From contig NOWV01000151.1 of assembly GCA_003344405.1 (NCBI GenBank), forward strand, positions 1-64,000: a stretch of DNA of 64,000 nt, given 5' to 3'. Of this stretch, positions 39,563 to 49,075 are shown in pieces (the first letter of the stretch is position 1; each line of letters opens with the position of its first letter). Source of the DNA: Trichoplax sp. H2. Lineage: Eukaryota. A program made the position numbers and the translations under genes. Below the pieces are notes generated by a model. That model was given only the letters and a program-made list of their open reading frames with translations, was not told where the DNA came from and did no database searches.

Positions 39563-40936
39563 ATGTCTTACTCGCTTTTTCAAGGCAACGACTTTGCAAG
39601 ATATTTCTGTTGGATATTCGCAATTATTGGGATCTTTGGTAATGCCTACATTATAATTTCCTGTTGCACTAAAAAAATAAGTAAAATAGCTCCTAAAAAG
39701 AATTCAACACATCAAAGCAATTCAATTTCAGAGAAATCGACCAAAGTAACGCACTTGTTAGTTTGTCAGCTAGCCATAGCAGATCTTCTAGGTTGTTTAT
39801 ATCTTTTAATCATAGCATGTGCCGATATTTATTATAGTTATCAATATCCGGCTATTTATCAAGTTCACCAACCTAAAAATTTCACTAACATATGGGTACT
39901 GAGTCCATTTTGTTACATTGCCAAATATTGTTTCTTTACATCATCTATTGCATCCATTTCCATTACGCTCTTAATCACTTTTGATCGCTTTATGGCCGTT
40001 ATTTTCCCTTACAGTAGATTCAGATTAGACAAATACAAGTGTTACTTTATAATTCCAACATTGTGGTGCTTGCTTTGCTGTTATGGTTGTATACCACTCG
40101 TAATAGGGACAAAAGCGATTGACCAAGCAACAAAGACATTTAATTTTGCCAGTAATTTGTGTATTTATAAACAAAATACTTCAGGCTATAAGCTATTTCT
40201 TTATTTCAGAGTAGGGATCTATTTTACGTTTTGTACTTTAATCACTTTAGGTTATATTTGCATTATCATTAACGTTCGAGCTAAGAGCAGCAAAGTTTCC
40301 ACTCAAATAAATCGAATTGAACGTCGAATCTTAGCTATGATGATCATCATTACCGCAAGCAATATTGCCAGCTTACTACCATCCACAATTTTATTTACAA
40401 GTCCAGATTTTAAGAAATTTAGTTCTTATAGATCTTTTGAACAGAATAGATCATCAGAAATAAATGGAACTTCAGGTCGGAACGGATTGATGGATGGAAA
40501 TGAGTTATTAGATTGGATTGGATTGCCTAATACGAATAAGTCATTTACTTTGAACGCAACATCTGGATGGCATCTATTGTCTAGAACCAATGAATCATCT
40601 AGCTGGAATGGAAAGCAGGGACTGAATAATTCAACACGATGGAACATCTTATCAAGAAGCAATAATTTTAATAATTTAACAAGGACTAAAGAAGGCTCCA
40701 AAAGCCACGAAAGTTCGTCACAAATGCAGCAATTAAAGGGATGGTACCAAATTTCGCTGGCCTTAGTCAGTGCTACAGTTTTTACCTTTGTTAACGCTGC
40801 AATAAACCCAGTGATTTTTGCATACTTCTCATGGTCCACTAGCCATCGTAAATGGTTCTGCTGTAATATAAATCTAAGTTCAAAGCAAAACGTCATGAAT
40901 GCAATTTGGTCTAAACATTTACCCTATAAGAAATGA
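39563..40936 (+). CDS. GPCR array member 7 with a large ECL3 insertion
   Basis: MSYSLFQG start (alternative ATG at 39557); LAIADLLGCLYLLII, FDRF, INPVIF; ~105 extra aa between TM6 and TM7. Confidence 0.9.
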   Translation: MSYSLFQGNDFARYFCWIFAIIGIFGNAYIIISCCTKKISKIAPKKNSTHQSNSISEKSTKVTHLLVCQLAIADLLGCLYLLIIACADIYYSYQYPAIYQVHQPKNFTNIWVLSPFCYIAKYCFFTSSIASISITLLITFDRFMAVIFPYSRFRLDKYKCYFIIPTLWCLLCCYGCIPLVIGTKAIDQATKTFNFASNLCIYKQNTSGYKLFLYFRVGIYFTFCTLITLGYICIIINVRAKSSKVSTQINRIERRILAMMIIITASNIASLLPSTILFTSPDFKKFSSYRSFEQNRSSEINGTSGRNGLMDGNELLDWIGLPNTNKSFTLNATSGWHLLSRTNESSSWNGKQGLNNSTRWNILSRSNNFNNLTRTKEGSKSHESSSQMQQLKGWYQISLALVSATVFTFVNAAINPVIFAYFSWSTSHRKWFCCNINLSSKQNVMNAIWSKHLPYKK

Positions 40937-41923
40937 GTGCTCATCAAGGCAGGATAAGAAAAATAAATCTTATAGCAGCTAAATTTATTTTATCATAGAC
41001 GGATAGTTAAAAGTCTGTTTGATGCTATAGCCTAAGTTATAAGAATCCGTAATATGAGTTAAACTGTCAATTTTAACAGTATTAAATCTATCTAAGCATG
41101 AGAACTGTTAAAGGTCAATTAGTTTCAAAGATGGCTAACGGTTACGCAAATAAGCTAACACATTTTTCGATTATGTTATAAATCCCTTAAAGAAAGCCCT
41201 AATAAACTTCATCTAAGTCGATCATGAAAGTGAAATGCTATAAATAATTTTTTCAATAACTTCAATGTTTGAAGGTCTAAAATTATCAAGTATTACATTA
41301 ACTCTACGCTAAAAATATCTAGACCAATTAGAAAAATAGGAAGAATCAAATTTTTACTCCTGCTAATAATTTAATAAAAACTAGTGTGGCCCAGTAAAAA
41401 TTTCACTTTTTCTTTCACAGGGTTTATTCAATTTTATTGGCCTAATGAACGAACGAATAAGAATTATAATAAAATCCTTGCATTTTGACCCCTTATAGGC
41501 TAGAATAATTAGATTGTTTTGGATACTCTTCTAATTATATATACTATCTCTATCATCATTTACTGTAGACTGAGTGTACAGTTAATATGGCATTCAACAC
41601 TTCTCTTATCATACTCATAAATTAGTCCAATACTAAGTGGCTATTAATTCGATTATGACGGTGTGATAAAGTGTCTTCTTATAAATAAAACAAGAAGTAA
41701 AGTTTCTTGTGAACTTGACTTCATTACATAAGTTAGGTTCGTCTAAGTACTACCAACGACTATCTCTGGTCTATCTAAATTGCTACAACAATATTCACCA
41801 TTGATATACGGTACTATTAGTTACAGAATGATTTTCCTTTAAATGCAATCATATCTTACCAATTAAGTCACAAGATCATATTGAAATTTTCCTATTGTGC
41901 TTTCAGTTCATAATTCACGCTTT

Positions 41924-42432
41924 TAATTAAAGTGTTAAAATAGAAACCTCGTTTACTAACATAATTAGCGCAATTTATTGGTTATCTTGGTATCTTATTA
42001 TAAACATCTCTACGGATTTAAAACAATATGTACTATAATCTGCTTCTACAAATAGACACTTATACAATCCAACAACCTTAGTCTTAGATACTTAATAAGC
42101 CTGTAATACTGTACAGTATTAATGCCTAGAATATTTAATTTAATTTTTGATTAACTTCGGGGCTTTGATATGACAAAGGATTCAATTCTATAAAGGCTTG
42201 ATTATTAATTCTCAATCTCAGTTCCACCGAGGCTAACATAGAGTACACTGGTACTAACGTAAAGTAGCTAGAAGCATGTAAATTATTTAACCTAAATTCA
42301 CGTCGTTCGAATCAGTTCTTTAGTATTAGAACATGTTAGCTTTCATATAGAGGATCTCTCGAAGTTAATCGCAGATTAAGTAGAGCACATAGACTAGTTT
42401 AATAACTCCGACTACAAAACTGGTTTGTGACA
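41924..42432 (+). mobile_element. Degenerate solo LTR, possible TSD GCTTT
   Basis: The 3' end aaactggtttgtgaca matches the family end. gcttt flanks both sides, but the left terminus lacks TG. Confidence 0.45.
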
Positions 42433-43279
42433 GCTTTTCATAAAGTAAACATATTATTTTAAAGTAATTATTCAGTTAAGAACAAATCTTAATCTGAATT
42501 ACTTTTATTGGTACTCCTAAGCATGGTGTAACTGTAACCGTAGGTAGCGAATTCTAATTGAACAAGAAATGAGTATTACTTTAAGGTTAGTTTAATGATA
42601 CAGTTGTCCATCACTTTTAACTATGACCCTATTTATGATTATGTTGAAGAGCTAGCTTTTCGATAATAATTCTGAGCTACCGAAATTACATTAATTATAA
42701 TTATATTAGTTAAAGTTTTATAGGAAACTGACTAATCAAGAATTGATAAACATAAATCTCGTAAGGTAAAAAGAGACTAATTTGGATATTATCCGGGTAA
42801 GAAAACATGTATAAAAGTTTCGTTGTCATGGGATTTCAAATTTTTGGCTAGCTCTATCATAGCCCTCTAACCAGCCATATAGCTGTACTGTATATAATAT
42901 CTGCCACGATACACGATATCGTAGTATCCGTCCATACTGGTATGTGTACATTAGAGACCTTCTATTCTTCAAAGTCTGCGAATAAGAAATGTCATGCCCG
43001 GTAATTTAATTGCAATAGTCAGTGGAGCGCTTGAGGTCCGCAGTACGGCCATGGTGGGGTTTTGTGCTACCGTACTGTCGTAAGAAGGATTCATGCTACT
43101 AGTAGTACAGCGGGATTGACTAGGGTGGCACTAAGGAAAATAAACTATGTAGGCTAAATCAAGCCCAAAGTAGATAAAATCTTATATGTACCTGTACATA
43201 TAGATTTTGAACATGAGTGTTGAAAAATTGCAACTTTAAATTTTCGACGCCATCTTGCCATCGAAGTCCATCGTGCGGC

Positions 43280-43374
43280 TGTACAGTACAGTATGTACAG
43301 TATTACAGTACGTACAGTGTACAATGTACAGTACTGTGCACCGTAGTACTGTACTGTACTATATTGTATAAAAA
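43280..43374 (+). promoter_or_regulatory. Upstream region of RNase MRP gene: TACAG/TACTG repeats and TATA box (43367-43374)
   Basis: TATAAAAA ~30 bp upstream of the RNA 5' end, as in type-3 Pol III promoters. Confidence 0.7.
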
Positions 43375-43397
43375 CCGTTGCGAGTTACTCTTACCCC

Positions 43398-43681
43398 GAG
43401 ACATAGCGAAGGTTCGCCGGCAAAGCTACACACGGGAAAGGAGATTGTCTAATCTCGAGATTTTCCAACTCGCTTTGGGGAAAGTCCCCGGACAAACTTT
43501 GCAGAAAGTGCTGACCATAAAGGTCAATCGGCAATTGGGCAAGATTTAGCCAAGAAGCTTTGCAGCTGAGCATACAAATTTTGCCCATTCTGCCAAGTTG
43601 TCGAAGCACAGTCATGCGAACGAGCGTGCACTCATCTCGAGTCCATGCTTAACACAACGGGGCTTATTCTCGTTATGTCTC
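43398..43681 (+). ncRNA. RMRP: RNase MRP RNA
   Basis: P1 gagacatagcga pairs with tcgttatgtctc. CR-I ggggaaagtccccggac, P8 GARAR loop gcaGAAAGtgc, gccaagaagc...gctgagc and CR-V acacaacggggcttatt all match my recollection of human RMRP. Confidence 0.95.
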
Positions 43682-43683
43682 CG

Positions 43684-43689
43684 TTTTTT
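43684..43689 (+). terminator. Pol III oligo-T terminator
   Basis: TTTTTT immediately after the P1 3' strand. Confidence 0.8.
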
Positions 43690-43958
43690 CTTCAATTTAA
43701 GAAAGGATCTGAAAACTTGGATAATCATAATGGTATCATTATCATGTTTCTATATGCTACAGTACAGTACAGTAGCATAAAATGAGTGGATAGGAAATGA
43801 AATTGAAATAGTTTTGACTTGATATTCAGCTGCAATGGCTGAATCTTACCGCACTAATCCGCTTACTTTCCGTTTAGGCCATGTGCCATTTGTAAATACA
43901 GTATAGTACAGTACTGTAATTAACATTGATTGCTGTACTAGTGACGTCGGGTTGTACC

Positions 43959-45051
43959 ATGGGCTTGTCTGGTGGGGTGGTACTCAATTGTACTGTACAC
44001 TGTGCACTGTACAGTACGTTATTGCACTACCCATTCGCAATTCCAGTGACCACACCATAGTAATCGCTGTCCTAACCACTTCTATGAGCAAGTTTCTCCT
44101 GCCGTAGCATGGACTTGTACTGTACACTGTAGCGTAATACACTCAGTGATGTCAAGCGTTTGGTTCGAATCGGCTTCAAGGGGACCACTAAGGTAGACCA
44201 AACACTACCTAATCAGTGGACAGTAGCCTAGTGTCGACCACAGCCAACGTATCTGCTGTCGGCTGTGGTAGAGTATTCCGTTATAATAAATCGATTGACG
44301 GCCCTGATCGATCCATTCGATGAACTTTTCTCTGGATCTTAGCACCACATCGACTTAAACCTTCAAAAAGAGATTGAAGAATCGGTTAGTAGAGCATTTT
44401 AATATTTCTACGGTATATTCAATTCAATGCCATACACATGATATAGACAAACGTATGAGTATTGATCATTTGCTGGAGAAAATATTACCCTTTACAGCAG
44501 ATATAACAGGTAATAAAGTGAAAATAGTACAAGGATAACTTAATCATTCTAATCACACGGTAGTGAATACAACTTTGATCCACTAAAATGTGTTTGGTTA
44601 CTGTCAGTGGATGATATTGACAGGTGTTGTGAATATCTTGGAAAGGTAGATAGATATTTTCTTACCTGCCAGCAGTAGAAAAAGAGTGGTTCAATGAACG
44701 AGCGAGTAATCTGTGTTTGATATCGTTGACTCAGCGGGTGATAACTTTGCCAACTTTCTTTGCTAGGCTTTGTTACTCAATAGCGTTCCGTTACTCTTTT
44801 ACTATATTCTGTAAGCAAGCAAATGGCAATCATTGCGTACCGTTATAGTTAGCACAACAGTAAGAAAGCATACTACAAATCTAATACAGGATAGATTGAC
44901 TTGTTAAGATGAACAAATACTATTAGAGAATACAGTCATTGTAGTCCTTGATGACGATGGACATTGCATTCCATTTTGTCGTTATTTCAACGCTGATTTC
45001 GGTCATGTCTCATTGCTATTCGATTGGACAGCCGATTTATCCTCCCTTTGA
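43959..45051 (+). CDS. Candidate 7-exon small orphan gene (hypothetical, ~140-150 aa, or two overlapping ORFs)
   Basis: Phase-compatible GT-AG exons 43959-43979, 44133-44192, 44343-44384/44388, 44447-44509, 44608-44645, 44735-44810 and 44909/44936-45051. No homolog recognised. Confidence 0.4.
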
Positions 45052-46313
45052 CGGCTCGATGTAAAGTAATGGACGTTGTTGCGTGTTGCAATATCGATGT
45101 TTAGACAGCTAACCGTGGGCGACTAGATTCTGAAACACTTAATAAATGTCTACGTCGTGTATACTGTATTTGAGCAAGCCAGCCATTTTTTAACGTCAAA
45201 GTATTGCAAGACTATTGAATCCGTATTAATGCGTTTTATCATTGGTGAATCTAAACCAAAATCTGTTATTACTCATCAACTGGAACTGGAAACATGACGT
45301 CAGACTTGCACATGGATGATAAAACGTTGTCACCTCCAGCATAGCTGCTTATGAGATCGAACTATATTAGTCTACCAGTCACAGATTGAATACTAGAGTA
45401 GTTTTACCCATTCTGTTGACAGATTAATTTCATATAATTATACGCGCTAACATTAAGCCACATGTTAGGAAGTAAAAAAGTGATCTTCCAATCGAGCTCA
45501 ACTGTTTTTGTAATAATCAAACGCTAAAGGTAATATTGAGTTAAGGTTTGTTTGCTACAACAACTGTAATTACTGTAATAAATTTCAAATTTTATAAATT
45601 AAATCTCTTTACTAAATCGTTTGCCAATCATATTGTTTGCTCAATAGACGTACAGATTAAACTAATATTACGGTCGTATGCGTTTATAATCTCGAACGGT
45701 AATGACGCATTTAGTCGATATGCTAATGTGATGTAGTAACTAATGCATCGCAAGGTAATTTATTCGACGAAAGAACACAATTTATGACGCAATTAATTTA
45801 TTTGAAAGTGCAGCAATACTACTAAATTTTGGTCTTGCTGTTTATGATTTCCGTTAAATCACATATTACTAGCTCTTTGATTTCTACTATTTCGTGATTT
45901 CGGCAATCAAAGTACTGTATTCGGGTATTTTCAATGTTGTGATCCATGGCCGTGTATAGAGTAATCATAGATTTAAAGAGGATTGATTGATTGATAGTTT
46001 CAAATCTTAGCTAATCGAATCAGAAATTAAGAAATTATCCTATATGGCTATATCACATCACTATACATTATATAAGTAATTATAGGTTTGGTATTATACA
46101 TTGTAATACATTTCAGTAACGACCAAATTAAAAAATTTATGGATACCATCTATTGAAATGGCGAGATCCTCAGTGTAGATAGTACATTTAATGATTTTTG
46201 TTGCCTCGACAGTAATGTACACCTACATACGAGTACATGGGTAACCATCCTCGGTATTCGAGTATGTTTTCCATGCACAGATAATAATGCATATTATTTT
46301 GTCATGCTCAGCA

Positions 46314-47440
46314 ATGTCAGGTAGATTTCAAGTAAAATTGGACGTGACGAAGATCGTCCATAGGGCAAAGCCGACATCGATGTCGCTTCATGATCGGTAA
46401 GCTAGCTATTTTAAGTTTTTACTCTATACTTATTCACTATTGCATGTTACTGACCCACGTATAAATTCTGTTATACTGGATATACAAGCTGATACTTGTT
46501 AATTGTAATATGATACTGCAATATTTAAATTAGATCTCTCAGATATTAGTTGCTGTGGCAGAACACTGCGTTCTTGTAATGCCGCTGTTACAGATTATGT
46601 CACTTAATGATTATCTCACACTGCACTGTATGATTACAAACCGTTATCAGATTTACGAAGATAAAAGCTGCAAGCTCCATGGAGACTGGAGTCACGAAGC
46701 GGGTAAATGACCGTGTCGCAAGTGCAAAAAATCGTCGGCTGGCGCTGCAGCTATCAAAGCGAACAGGTGCTCAGGTCGCAGTCAGATCAACTGGCAACTT
46801 GTCTAATCGATTCGGTGCAATAAACAAGAATGTAGGTGCTGCTACCAACACCAGGGATGCTAGATATAGGCTTAATGAACGTACAAATCGCTCCAGCAGG
46901 CCATCAAGTCAAGGTGACGTAAAGTCGCGCTTAGGATATCCGAGCAATAGACGTGGAAGTCCTACTAAGCGTGGAAGTGGCGGACGTGGCATGCGTGGCA
47001 ACTGGGTTAGACGTGGTCGTCAAGGACGAATTGGTGGCCGAGGACTTGGAAGAGGTGCTTATCAGAACGATTGGAATCCCACAAACAATAATTCTCATTA
47101 TAATGAAAACAGTGCTGGTTATCAAAAGCAGCGTGGCAATAAAAGCAATAGTAATAGAGCAGAATATCCATCCAGGAATCGAGGCAGACGTGGTAGAGGT
47201 GGAAGGAATCGTCGTGGACGAAGAAATGGTAGAGATACTAGAAATAACTTCGAGAGTAAGGACAACAACGGTGGCGATATCAGCATTCAGATCTCAAATG
47301 ATCGTAGCGAGGAGCAAGATGATAAAGCACGAATAGAAGATGATTTAGATGACTACAGGAATGATGAAGAAGTAGTTGGTGATGATAATGAAGAAGATGA
47401 AGCCCCCTTGGAGGAAGAAATGGAGACCGAGATTGACTAA
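46314..47440 (+). CDS. CHTOP: Chromatin target of PRMT1-like (RG-rich mRNA export factor); exons 46314-46396, 46651-47440
   Basis: Spliced N-terminus TSMSLHDRFT (CHTOP MSLNERFT), SAKNRRLA, VKSRLG, RG/RGG region and C-terminal IEDDLDDY UAP56-binding-like motif. Confidence 0.8.
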
Positions 47441-49075
47441 TTTTCGTTGAGATCTTTTGTTCTTGTACAAATTTATTCGTAGGGTATAAATCGTTATCAA
47501 TTGCACGTTCTCTTTTTATTTTATAATCACAGGCTCCATAATAGTTATACTTGCGTATAGATAGCTACCACTACACTACCGGCATACTATTGTAATGAAG
47601 TTACGGTGGATAAGGCAAAAATGGATAAATAGAACATACTTTTCAGAGTCGCACACATAAGTGTAATTTACTCGGTACAGTTATAAACTGTATCATACTT
47701 GTATCAGTTAGGACATGGACCTGAGTTGATAATGTGAAACAGCTATCATAACAATTAAAGAATTAATATACTCGTACTTGTCAGCAGCACAGCCATCCTT
47801 ATAGCGTTTACGGTAACCATTCAATCATGTGTCTTGATACACACTTTTAAAATCGGGTTAAATTATTAGTTATTATTAGCTATTAATAGATAAAAAGTAG
47901 GCGGTTAAAATGTAACATTCCAGATGTTGTTTCGCAATTCTTGTTGCAAAGTATATGTTCTTAACTCTGCAAGATCGTGTTTATGTTAATTTAATTTTTA
48001 TTTTGAATATTCAATGTACAGCGCTACGGTTTTCTGTTAATTTAAACGTATTTATATGTAAACTCATGGGCAAATTACTGCGACTTTTCTACTGTGATAC
48101 TGTATTGATATCGATGTTACTGTTAGTCGTATGGCTGCAGTTAATTGTTAGACAAAATACTGGATTCGTAACTGTTAAAACTATTGATCTTTGATCTGTT
48201 TTAACAATTTTTACTACTTAGCGTTTACTCATAATTTTATAATAAAATTTAGTTAGGAGTATTAAGTTGATCGAAGTTGTTTGCAGTCCATATCTCGGAC
48301 ATTAACTATACACATACGCCTTAAAAGATGAGCTTACTAATTAATTGATAACATTATTTCCACAGTTATCAGCAAATACTAAGACGACATTGGAAGTTAT
48401 TCAACCATTTCAAATACCTCTACAACAACAATGACGACAAATGTGCATTTATTCAATCCCAGTAAATGTCTTTTAATTGAATCTTTCGTGCTAATATATA
48501 ACACTACTTCTCATGTCTCATACAAATAATAATACACTGAGCCGAATGGGAATCGGTCGTATGCAATTCTCTCTCACAGGGTACAATTAATTTCACCATT
48601 AGATAATTGTAAATTATGATGATATCGAGAAAATACAATAACATCTCAATAATCTCGAACCAGCGCTTTACGTAGCTTATCCAATGAGCGCTGTATCCGC
48701 TAAAGCATTATTAGAATTTTTATTGAAAATTGTTCAAGTTTCTAACTACAATCACATCAAACGAGTTTAAATACTACACGCTACAAAGTGTCTTTATAAT
48801 CAATCTTTCCAATAAAAAAGTTCCATAGCGATATCATGCACCGCTCTAGAGAGTCAATTGTAATTAATTAATATTACAAAGTACCATGACTAAGTCTAAT
48901 GTACTAGTGTGATCAAGCTTGTTATCACCATCCAGTTAGTCGATGGATTTCATCACTTGCTTTCTCTCATAGTTAGCTGATAACAAAACTTTTTTCATTT
49001 TATTGTTCCCTAGCTGATTTAAAAATTTCCTCCTATCGCACTTCTTCAAGACTAACATTGAAATGGAACATAACC

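Noticed and set aside
40426-40896. 156-aa antisense ORF (also 1499-1705, 6083-6301, 18050-18265, 29342-29551, 62900-63103)
   Set aside because: Shadows of GPCR coding sequence on the opposite strand.
43217-43780. Three short ORFs (110, 74 and 60 aa)
   Set aside because: They overlap the RNase MRP RNA and pentamer repeats; no protein features.
44661-44680. cttacctg resembling the U1 snRNA 5' end
   Set aside because: No U1 stem-loops or Sm site follow.
46953-47336. 127-aa alternative-frame ORF within CHTOP
   Set aside because: Non-ATG start; a by-product of RG-rich codons.
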